This document shows positions 27,001 to 38,880 of a stretch of 64,000 bases of DNA, piece by piece. The DNA is from Epiperipatus broadwayi (Eukaryota > Animalia > Onychophora). The notes beneath the pieces are model-generated. The model was not told the DNA's origin. It did no database searches and worked only from the letters and a program-made list of their open reading frames with translations. The translations under genes and the position numbers were made by a program. The stretch covers positions 2,170,001 to 2,234,000 of the forward strand of contig JAQFVV010000009.1 of NCBI GenBank assembly GCA_028023455.1, written 5' to 3'. Each line of letters opens with the position of its first letter. Position 1 is the stretch's first letter.

Positions 27001-30000
27001 AATAATTTTAATAAAGGAACATTCAAAATAGTTGGTAGCATACTATCTTAAACTAAATAAAGTGGATGTGTTATTTAAGAATAATTAGGAATAAATTCCT
27101 CAATTAATACAGTATAAATTCGTTTCAAAACTTTAACAAGAAATATTTTGTTATAGCATTTTTTTTTTTTTTTTTAGTTACTTCTGATAATTTTCAATAT
27201 TTATTTTACCCCTTAAATATCTAAATATTTTTCTTTTACATATCTAACATACAAAACTTCTACCTACAATTGTATGTAATAATTAAAACATATTTTATAG
27301 ATTTTTTTTCTTTCGTGTTAAATATCAACTTAACCTATAATAATTATATTAAAACATACCTTTGTCATTACAAGGCTATTAAATATCACTTGACCATAAA
27401 GACTTTAACCTATGTGATATAACAAAAAAATACATATCATTTATAACTTAGTTTTAAACAATCATTAATTAACAAGTGCATACTCTCTCATTAGAAAATG
27501 TTTTTCTGTTGAACAATTGGTCCAGGTGAAGAGCTTTATCCAGTCGTATTTCACGAAGCAAGTTTAAAAACAATAAACGCATGGTATTATTTCCTTTAAA
27601 TAAAAGTTTTCTCTTATTTTGTGCGTTTAATAAATTAGGTAAAGAAAAATATAGCAGAATTGAAGATTAATTCTTACTTGAATTAAACTACTACACTTTT
27701 TGGGATCCAAGAAAAAAATAGACTTCTAACATAGATGAATATTTGACTATAGACGATAAACATACACAATATTTTTTTTTTTTATTGACGATACGTACCA
27801 TTCATATTAGCTAGCTTACTTATGGATGAAAATGCGCAATTTTTCCGAGATTCTAATAATAACTGCAGCTGATTTACATGTATAGGAAGTTTTACTAACT
27901 CCAACTGATGTGTAATATAATATATCATTTATTTTTATCATTAAGTCACTAAGATATTTAGTTTTGTTCATACTTTAGGAATTATAAATTTTTTTAACGG
28001 TAACTTCTCCGTAAGAATGCCCCTATATAACTCTTCCTATATTTACTCTGAGAAAGTTTATATTTTTTTCCAAAAAAATATACATGTGCATAATTTAATC
28101 TTATTTATCATTATTATTATTTCCAGACAATTCTTGGTGAATAAAACATATTTTAACGTATGTAACTATATTACTTGTAAAGGCAGACAATATTGAGAAA
28201 GAGCGCGAAAATGTTTCTAGTTGATTTTCCTTGGTTTCAAATATTTCTTTCAATTATTATTTTTTTCTCTTTCTATACCAAGAAAATATCAATAAATGAC
28301 ATAAAGTTAATAAATAATTAATTTTTTCTTGGAAATCGCTTCCTTTCCTTAATTTAGATATAATATAATTTTTCGTGAATCCTTTAGTTACATCTGTCAT
28401 TTTTGAACTTTAGCGCGAGACGATAAAATTTTAAGTATAAAAGGTTTTTAAATAGGTAGATGGCAAAGAACATCAGGACGTCTTATCAAAAAAATTTAGC
28501 CACACATGATATTATTAAAATTTTACTTTGATTACATTTATTTCTGCAAAATAAAATGAAAAAAATTGAGTTACCAAATTTCAGCACTGTTCCTTCCTTG
28601 AAAACTAAAAGCAGACTATATTTTTCAAAGTCAAAATGATCTTGACTTTAGCGACCTCTTCCAGAAAAATAATCATTTGATTATAACATAAACAAAAGAA
28701 AGGAAAAACTTATTACAATCATATAGTTCTCAGTATTATTTACCTAGATTACAAAGTAATTTGACAATATAAAAAAAATAATAATAAATACATTAAATTA
28801 ACAATCAGTGATGTATAATTCTTTAAACATTATTTTTTTTTTCTTTTTTTTTTTTTTTAGAAAAAGAAATTACCAGAAGTTATTGTGCTTTATGATAAGA
28901 CACTCATCCACTCCCCCCTCTACCCATCCAAAATCAATTACTGTTTAGCTTTTATACCATATTAATTTGCTCTAATTATTAATATCTCAATTAAATTATT
29001 CATGTTCTCTCTTTAAAAATGACATTGATATTTAAATCTATTAGTTATTCACCCAAAACATGCCAAAGTGAGTGAATAGCATACTTTATTAGTCAATTAT
29101 TACTATTGTTATTTTATCTTTTTATTTCTTTAAAGAATAGCATTGTTTTCCTGCAGAAATAATGCCAAGTAAACCAAGTGTCAATAACACTAGGTTACAA
29201 TATATATATATATTGTGTGTGTATTTATCTGTGGATTTGTTAGATTTATTTATGTATCAATAATACTTTTATGATAGCAAAATATAAAATTATATTCTCT
29301 ATGAATATGGATAATTAATAATTATTATAGTATTAATATTTAAAATTGCTAAACCAGGTTTTTAATGCTGCATATTTTTGTCTAAACTAGACTAAACTTT
29401 ACTATAATGTTTTTTGTATACTTATTATAAACTGGAATACCAGTTGTTATTGGTTGGAATGAATCTTTTTTTTATTTAGTGTTTTTTATTATTTATCTTT
29501 CTCATGCTCAAGGACTATGATAATATGAGTTAAGAATAAATTTAAAGATTAATTGCACACTTACTTCAGCATTCTTTGAGCTTGAAAAAAAGATCATACC
29601 TAAATCTAGAGAGAAATAATAAAGAAATATAAAATAAAAGTGGCTTGACAGTTAATTAATGGAAAACATGCCATTACAAGAGCTAAAAGCATTCTGCTCA
29701 AATGTGAAATATGTTTATATATGCATATAACATATGTGGCATGAACTAAATAAAAATAAATGGATTGAATACTATTACTTATCTGACCACCATGTTTGGA
29801 AGGCATTTATGACAGATTAAAATGATGTCTGACATGTATAGACAAATATAAAATGGGCTCACAAGTTCAAGCCATGTGTTTTTTATATAAATAAAATAAT
29901 TCATATGTAATGTTAATAAAGTGTGAGAACTTTAAAGGTGACTTTAGCAATGCTGCATAATTATTATTACTATGTTGATGCTGATAGAAGATTGCTATCC

Positions 30001-30143
30001 ACATCATTTAAAAGAAAATTAGATAAAATCCACACCCTCACACTAAATTTCATTATTGACTTGTGCTATCTTTCTGGCTAGTCAGAGACCTTTGCCAAAT
30101 GTATGCACAAAAGTGTATTAAGATACACAAATATCTAATCTAT

Positions 30144-31246
30144 TCATCATCATAATCATTATTTTCAAACATTATTGATCTACTTCAGGATCTCCACATT
30201 CAATCCATCTTCTTTGATTTTTGGCCTCTCTTCTCCACATCACCCCAGAAAGCTTCCTTATTTCATCCATCTATCTTACAAATGGGATCCTTTCTAGGTC
30301 TTTTAGAACCTCTTGGAATCCAATTTAAGATTTCAACTTTTCATTTATTATCTCCTCTAGCAATATGTCCAGCCCAATTTCACTTCAGTCTCTTCTTTCA
30401 GTGATGTCAGTAACACCTGTTTGTTCTCTCATCCATGTATTTCATTTTGGATTTTTTCTTGTTATTCCTAACATGCATCTCTCCATACTTTGTTAGGTGA
30501 TACTGAAGTCTCTGTATTCCATTAAATGTCCAAGTCTCAGGTTTATAAGTAAAAACTGGTAAACACATTTATTAAAAACCTTTTCAAACACCTTGACATA
30601 TATTTTTTAATATTAAGTTATTTATACCAAAAGCACTTCTACCAAGTTTAATTCTATGATTAATTTCATTCGTTATGTTTCAATCTATAGTAAGTTGTTA
30701 ACTACTTCTAACTCATCATTATCATTTATTTTATTTTGTTTTTTTTGTAAAAATCCATTGAACATTACTTTAGTCTTTTTAACATTTATCTTTAGTCCTA
30801 CTTTCGTCTGATAACTCTTGCAACATTTCCTGAAGCTCTAAAATATTATTTGCAAAAAAAAATAAATACATCATCTGCAAAATCTAGATGACATGAATAA
30901 TCTCCATTTACTTTTACTCCATTGGTTTCTCATTTTAATTCACAAAATAATTTTTGCAAAACTGCTGTAAAAGGTTTTGGAGATAAGGAGTTACCCTGTC
31001 ATATATTCTTCTCAATATTAATCTTCCTAATATCATTATGTAATCTAATTGTTGCTATTGAATTTTTATAAATGTTCTTCAGAATATGACAATATCCTGA
31101 GTCTACATCTTGATGATCCAATTCTTTAATCACTGATGAAATACTTATAAAATGAAATGCCTTTTCATCATCTACAAATCCAAAGCATAATGGTATTCAT
31201 ATTCATATGATCCACTGTATTAAAACTACTTTTAAATCCAGCATGT
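30144..31246 (-). mobile_element. RTE LINE 3' half (RT and 3' UTR with (GAT)n tail)
   Basis: Homologous throughout to the 45235-46778 copy (AGFKSSFNTVDH, ...FADD region, ctggacatattgc, atcatcat tail). Confidence 0.9.
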
Positions 31247-31258
31247 TACTGCAGATCA

Positions 31259-32879
31259 CATACAAATGAAGGAAGATTGCAAGAACTGAAAGAGCTTGGC
31301 TTTGTGAAATTAGAAGAAAAGATGAAGAGACTAGCTTTTATTGTACTACAAAAGCACAAACTTTGTAAGTACAAGTGGAGTAGGAGTCATTATAAATAAA
31401 AAGTGGAAGAACAATATTTTAGTGATTGATAGTGTATTGGATAGATTGACAAGATTAGTTATTCAACTTAATAGCAGATACTAAATGCAGACAATTCAGG
31501 TTTATACTCCAACAAGTTCTCATTGTGATGAAAGAGTAGAGGATTTTTATATCGATATATTAAAGGCTTTTGATTAGACCAAATTATGCCCCAACAAGTT
31601 CTCATTGTGATGAAAAAATAGAGGATTTTATATCGATATACAAAAGGCTTTTGATTAGACCAAATAACATTTTAAAATTGTCATAAGAGGCTTTAATGCT
31701 AGAATTGGTAAACAATTGAAAGATGAAAGTGCTATAGGTAAATTTGGTTATGATGATAGAAGTGAGGGAGGACATAGACTTGTGGATTTTACAGAAAAAG
31801 AAAACCTTATGTATTAGGAATTCTTTCTTTGAGAAAAATGTTAAATGGAAGTTGTCATGGAAGAATCCAAATCAAAGTACAACAGAATTGGATTATATTT
31901 TCACTAACAGAAAATATATATTTCAAGATTGTATGTAATGTTCTTAATAAATTCTACGTAGGAAATGATCATCGATTAGTGAGTTGTTAATGCAAAACTA
32001 AGATTATTAAAAAAAAAAACAATATTCACACTTGATATTCCTAATCTTCAGAATCATTCCAATGAATTTAAATTAGAATTTTCAAATCGTTTTTAAATAT
32101 TAACAGATTTTGAAAATGATTAAGATTTGAATGAAATCAATAGAAAGATAATGATATGCTTTTAAAACTGCAACAAAAATAGCTGATACAAAAAAGCAGC
32201 AAATAATCAATAAAATTTCTATTGAGACAAGGCAATTTTTGAAGAAAAGAAGGAATATGAAAATATATAAAAATGATGCATTAAAAAGGATTGAATGTCT
32301 AGAATTTTGTAAAATTGTGCAAAACAGAGTTGATATTGATATGAAAGTATAATTGTGATTTAGCAAGGAAAGCTATAGAAGAAATAAAAGTCTCAAGAGG
32401 GCAAAATAACATTTTGGTATTGGTAAAAAAAATTTATTTGAAATATGAAAAAAAGATAGAAGTATTGCTAAAAAGAGGGATAACATCATGAAATGTGGAG
32501 AAGAATTCTATCAAGAATTATATAGCAATAAAGAACAATGAAAAACTTCTACAACTATTATATTTTCTGAATTGCCCTGGATTTTAAATGAAGAAGTGAG
32601 ACATCCAATTAAATTTATGAAGAAGGGAAAAGTTCCAGTTAATGATGGAATTATATTTGATATCTTAAAAGAAGCAGGGGAAGAAATAGAAATTTTTTTG
32701 GCAAAATTATATAACAAATGTCTACATGATAATGATGTATCAGATAATTTGAAGAATGCAGTAGTAATATTTTAAAAAGGTAATAAAGAAGATATTAGAA
32801 ATTACAGACCTATTAGTTTATTTATAAGATTTTTACCAAAATAATTACAACTCTTCTGCAGTGAATTTTGGATTTTAAC
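31259..32879 (+). mobile_element. RTE LINE 5' half (AP endonuclease to RT start), inverted relative to the 3' half
   Basis: EGRLQEL, IQVYTPTSSH, GFNARIGK, NSFFEK, TELDYIF endonuclease motifs; GKVPVNDGI and EDIRNYRPISL; internal ~84-bp tandem duplication at ~31507-31670. Confidence 0.9.
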
Positions 32880-33039
32880 TTAATTTAATATGTAAATATA
32901 TTTATTACAATAATTCAAAAATAATGATTAAATTATTATCTAATAATTTTTATTAATTAGTAATAATAATAAAAAATGATATATAAAAATAATAAATCTA
33001 TTTATAATTATCTTACCTGATTCTGATATTTATTTAGAA

Positions 33040-33320
33040 ATATGGCATAAACTCCTGACAGCTATCCAGTCCATCTTGTACAAATGATACCATGACCATA
33101 TACATGTGAAAAAGTTAAATGATCTCCTATATAAAAATTTTGTGCTGAACCAGTACTCATCAGTTAGTCTAGATCATCATCTGCCACACATATATGTAAT
33201 CAGTGGACCAACTTATGAGTGCTAGTTCAGTATGAAATATATAGTGAAATCATTTATCTTTTTCACATGTATGTGTATCAGTTGTATAAGATGGAATGGA
33301 TAGCTGTAGGAAGCTTTAAT
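33040..33320. repeat. Older fold-back element, hammerhead family B
   Basis: Arms ~33054-33170 / 33205-33310; hammerhead remnants CUGAUGA GUACU-GGUUC-AGCAC AAAA (-) and CUUAUGA GUGCU-AGUUC-AGUAU GAAA (+); homologous to 42722-43281. Confidence 0.8.
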
Positions 33321-33437
33321 GTCTGAGTTCAAATTCCTTCTAAATTATATTAAGTCGAGTATAGACAATATACTTTTATTAAATATTAAATATCACCTAA
33401 ATATTATTCATTAAATTGGTGAAAATAAAGGAATAAA

Positions 33438-33484
33438 TGTAATACTGTAATTAATGTATCCAGACCAACTATATTTTGGCAGCT

Positions 33485-33539
<55 letters not shown>

Positions 33540-36500
33540 GTGTAAAGAAACAAACACAGAATATTAATAATAAACTCTATAGAGTTTATTTACTCAGAAT
33601 AACAATAATATTAGTAGATAAGATTAGTAAACCAACTGACTATTTGTTAATTGAACACAGGATCAATCTAGATCACATAACAGCTTATATTTCTATAGAT
33701 AATTAATTTATAAATGTCTCTTTACAACTATAATACTACAAGCACTTTACTATTCACACACATCTCTTGAGATAATCTAATTAAATTATGACTAGAGCCT
33801 TCTTTACTGCTAATTCTGGTTTACTCTACACTAAGGGTTTTCCAAGTTTGCTTTCCGCTCTTGCTTTTTGCCTTTCCTTTTTACATTACTACTTCTCTAG
33901 ACAACATTGACTGAACTTAACTGACTGAACACCATCTGATGTTCTTTAGACATTTTATCCACTTTTCTAATTTGCATAAGGTTAGATTTTATTAACAAGC
34001 ATTCTGCTCTTGCTTTTTTCCTTCCTCTCTTCACATTACTACTTCTCTAGACACCGTTGACTGAACACCATCCGACAGTCTTCAGACATATTATCCACTT
34101 TACTAATTTGCATAAGGTTAGACTTTATTAACATGAAAATTAGCCTGTTGCTTCTTGTAGTAAACTAATTTTTTTTTCTTATATCATTATTATTTCTGGA
34201 ATGTTCCAACACTTCCTGTACTGACCAGCCTGTACACACACATATAACTTTATTAATGAAAATATATACACATTTAGAAAATTTATTACAATCTTTCTCT
34301 CAACTCCAGAAATAAACATAATTTTATTTACCCAGAAAAAGATTTCACAGCTTTTGTTCCATCTATAATATAATCTTGTAACTTTTTAGGTTATCCATTT
34401 CTGTCTAAAAAGTCTCTTGTAGTCACTTCTTTTTCTGTAATCCTCTTTTCATATTTACTATTTACTGCTATAGCTTCTTCTTAAACTGAACAGTTACTTA
34501 GTGCTTCCAACCTCATGTTAGTAGAAACATCAGTCTTATTTTATCCTTAACTGTATCCAGTTTGTTGTTTTCTAATGTGGTTAACATGGCATCTTAAAAC
34601 TCTTTATCTTTTAACTTTATTTCATGTATTTGTGCAGACATAATTCTACTAATTATTTCTGGCAACCATTTTTTTAAATTAATCATTAATCCATATAGTT
34701 TGATTAACTTTAAATCTAACACTTCCCAAATCTCAATCTTTGTTTTTTACTTTATCTGGAATTAAAATAGATAAGTATGTTCTTACATGTTGTTTCATTA
34801 ATAATTCTGCCAAAGTTTTCTTCATAGCAGAACTAGATTGTAGTGCTGGTATTCTTTAACAAGTATTCTCTCTGTATGTGGAAAACTTGACAATAGGTTT
34901 TCTAATATCACTTTATGTTCTGCCACCAAACATATGAACGAGCTAGTTCTTTCATACATATCATTCCTATGTGTCCTTTGTATAGCAACTATAGAACATG
35001 TTTTCTCTCCATGGATGGAGTTATTACATGGTCTGTCACAAGAATACATTTATGACAGATTAATAAACTCTTCCAAACATTTCAAATTGTTGGAGTTAAA
35101 TTATTCGGTCATTTAAATGGCAATCCATTTTTTATCCAATTCCTTATAAAGCTATATTCTTTATTTCTTTTAGTCCATTCTGCTTTAATTTTGTTGTTAA
35201 TTATTTTGGGATTTCAGTTTATATGGTGGTAGAAAATTGTTTCAGATATTTATTTTTATTGCAGCAGTTTTAGCATGCCCGATAGTTATTTCCTGAACAT
35301 CGACATTCTTCGCTGCTCCTCCTCTTGATTTACTACTTGATGATAAATCAATTTTAGACATTTGATATTTGTTATTGCAAACCTTTACTTTTAGTATTTT
35401 AGGTGTATCATCACTTTCTTTCAATTCCTTCATAGTTGTAAACTGTTTAATTACTCCTCCCACCAATTTACTTTTTGCTAGTAAATCGTCTTTTTTTGTT
35501 TGTCATTTTTTATTGAGGCCACAGATAAAGCATCATTTCATTTTAAACTTCCATGTAGATTTTAAGTGCTCTGTTTTTTCATAGTAATAACAAGTAGGAG
35601 GGGTCTGCTTTAATTTCCTTCATATCACTCGTGGCTTTGCCACCTTTACACATTACCGAAGTATGTAAAACTGCCAGATTTTGAAGGCTTCAAAGTATTG
35701 AAATGGCTTTAAGAATTATAGCACATTCACTAGTAGTCTTATATGTTAGCATAGACTTGCTTAGTAGTATAGGCCTAAGCTTTACTTCTCTGATATCCCA
35801 TTGTAACTGGTCCAATAACATTTCATTGATATAATCCTTGAATCCACAATCCTTCACCAAAGTTCGCTGTATTAAATCATTTTTGCATATAATTTCATTT
35901 TGCATTTACATTATATTATGGAAACAAGGACACGATGTGAATTTCAATGTTATTGGTTGAAAGTAGATATTTAATTTTATTAATAACTCCTCATAAAGGA
36001 TTTCTTCAGGTAGCTTTGGATCACATAAACAATTTTCCAAATTTAAGATATATTGTCCTTTCATCCATAGAAAATTGCAACTAACATCCATAGTAAATTG
36101 ACAACTCAGTTTATCCTCAAACTATTCTATTCACGAGCATGTATTTCTCCACATCGTTAATGTACATCTATCACGGTTCCAGATTTTTTCATTAAAGGTC
36201 ATTGCTATGTTGTTCTAATATTTCTTGAATTATCCAAATCACTAATATATACTTTCAAGTAATAAGGCTGTGGTGTAATAATTTTACAGCTATCCAATTT
36301 TTTTCTGAATCACTTATTTCACAAGTTCTCTATTTAACTGCATCACACAATATTTCCAGGTTATTGCAATGGCTGCATCACATAACCTACTTTCAGCTTC
36401 ACAGGTTACTCCAATGATTGTGTCACATAATATTTCCAGCTTTAAGACTGTCAACTACAGCACATAATATATCACAAATAAAATCCTATCACTCTACCAC

Positions 36501-37161
36501 TTAATGTATCCTGGGCCAACTATATTCTGGTAGCTGAATAATTATATAATTTGTTTAAAGAAACAAACATAAAAAAATTATGAAAAATTCAAGAGTTTAT
36601 TTACTCTGAATAACAATAATATCAGGATCAGTAAATTAACTAGCTATTTGCTAATTGAACACAAGATCAATCTAGATCATGTAACAATTTATATCTCTAT
36701 AGATAATTAATATATAAATGTCTCTTTATTACTATAGTTCTGTAAGCATTTTGCTCAAACACATCTTTTGAGATAGTCTAATTAGACTGTAACTACAACT
36801 CTTCTTTATTTCTAATTCTGGTTTACTCTATACTTAAGAGTTTTCTAAGTCTACTTTATACTTTTGGTTTTTTTCTTCTCTCTTCACATTACTACTTCTC
36901 TAGATACCATCAAGTGAACTGAACTGAAAGAACACCATTAGAAGTTCTGCAGGCATTTTTATCAACTTTGCTAATTTGCACTAGATTAGACTTTATTGAC
37001 ATGTAAATTATCCTGTTACTTCTTGCAATAAACTAATATTTTTTTTGCATATCATTTTATTTTTGGAATGTTCCAACACTGCCTATATATACTGACCTGC
37101 CTGTATACGTATATACAACTTTATTAATAAAGATATACATACATCTAGTCAGAATACTACA
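33438..37161 (-). mobile_element. Non-autonomous Gypsy LTR element with two LTRs (33438-34290 and ~36490-37161)
   Basis: Long direct repeats with TGTAAT...TTACA/CTACA ends; polypurine tract ggagttgagagaaaga at 34292-34307; internal gag (EEILYEELLIKL, DCGFKDYINEMLLDQL), two CCHC remnants, protease remnant and integrase C-terminus (RFKVNQTIWIND...KWLPE...RCHVNHIRK); no RT, RNase H or integrase core seen; no TSD found. Confidence 0.85.
33487..33535. repeat. (AT)n microsatellite inside the left LTR
   Basis: About 24 uninterrupted AT units; absent from the right LTR. Confidence 0.95.
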
Positions 37162-37584
37162 GTGATGTGGTTTAATTGTATATCCATCTGGTTTGTGTAT
37201 ATATGTGATAAATTTGAACTAGATTTGAATATATTTATATTATATATATATATCATTAAAAAACCAGTCAACACTTAGACAATCCCACTATCAATAACAA
37301 TCAACAAATTCAAACTGTTGTCAAGGCAACCTCCTTTTAATAATAAAGGTGGAATCCCATCTTTATTAATGGTCCAATATACTTATATAGACCCTAAAGA
37401 TTATAACTTGACCACAAAATTGAAATTATTCTGAATGCAGACTAATAAATAGTCAATAATAACATTACAAACTACAATTATAAATTTCAAATTGCACCTA
37501 AAGTATTAATTAAATAATAAGTGGAATAATGTTCAAAGCATTTCCCAGTAACTTATATGTTCATAATATTGTCAAAAACTTATA

Positions 37585-38872
37585 AACACAATCAATTGAA
37601 TTATAAATAACTCAAAATAATAGACAACTGGTTTGTATGCAATTTAATTTAATATCAAATCAATTTTCATTCACAAATGAACTTTCTCAAGATGCAATTT
37701 TAAAATTAATCATATGACAATAAACATTCTATGGTTTTATACATTCTCTAGTGGTCACCACTAGAAATAAATCCATGAAAAAATAAAAAATATTATTATT
37801 TATAAATTTACACATATGTATACATTCATTGTACATTTTCTTATTTAATCTTTTTTTTTCTTATACCTATTATCTATTATCAAATAAACAACTCCTCTCT
37901 TGTACTATCAATACCCATACATGCATATATATTATATCTTATTTTCTAACATTGATAATTTCCCTTTTATCAAACCATAACTCCTTTCTATCAATTAACA
38001 AACAATTCCTGTTTTATACTATCAATACATATATACATACCTATATTTACATTCTTACATTTTACAGTGACCATTTCCCTCCCAATTTTATCGAACCATT
38101 GACCATATTAGTGCATTTATCTATGTTTTCTTGTATGAATAATGTTTCATAATATTTTACTTCTTTAAAATTTTTTACTGTATTTTATTACCTTCATTTT
38201 TTCCTCACCAATTTATTATATGCCCTGTTTCTAAACAAAGATTATATGGTCCGACTTAGTATCTTTTCGTTTTATTGCTCTATTATGTTCTTTAGTTCTC
38301 AGTTGCACTTTTCCCTGATTGTCCTATATATACATCCTTGCATTTGTCATAAGTAAATTTATAAATAATTTCTATTCTATTATCAATACTATCATTCATT
38401 TTTGCAATGTATATTCATTTTCTTAAATCTTTACTATTCTTCTATTCTATATTTACTTCATCATTTAACTTATACTTCAGCAGAATAGGGAATTGAAATC
38501 CACTTTTTAACTTTATGTATTCTCTTGTTCTTCCCTTTTATATAATTTCCATTTCTGGTATTTAAAATTTTCCTAATTACTTTTCCATTATAACCAATTT
38601 TAATATATTCTTTCTCAATTTCTATTTTTTGTATATATAACATTTTTTATGTCTATCATTTTTAATGTTAAAATCTTTCAATGCTGCCATTTTTTGAGAC
38701 CATAGCTGGTACAATTTATCAATTACCCCTCTAATATTTTTATCCTTAATGAACTGCTGTATATATATATATATAATTCTCTTTACATCTTTGTTTAAAT
38801 AAAAGTTTAAATATTTTAATCCTTTTTCCATAGTAAACGTAATATTATACCATGCATTCATGATACTCCTAA
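37585..38872 (-). mobile_element. Penelope-like element 3' portion, inverted partner copy
   Basis: KGLKYLNFYL RT remnant; GIY-YIG remnant YDKCKDVYIGQSG (~38320-38355); 3' region reverse-complementary to 40075-40900. Confidence 0.8.
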
Positions 38873-38880
38873 TAAAAAAA

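Noticed and set aside
28861-28905. KKLPEVIVLYDKT peptide after a strong acceptor, piggyBac-like
   Set aside because: Too short; no GGVD motif, TIRs or other transposase segments found.
33476-33706. ORF with YIYIYI repeats
   Set aside because: Produced by the (AT)n microsatellite within an LTR.
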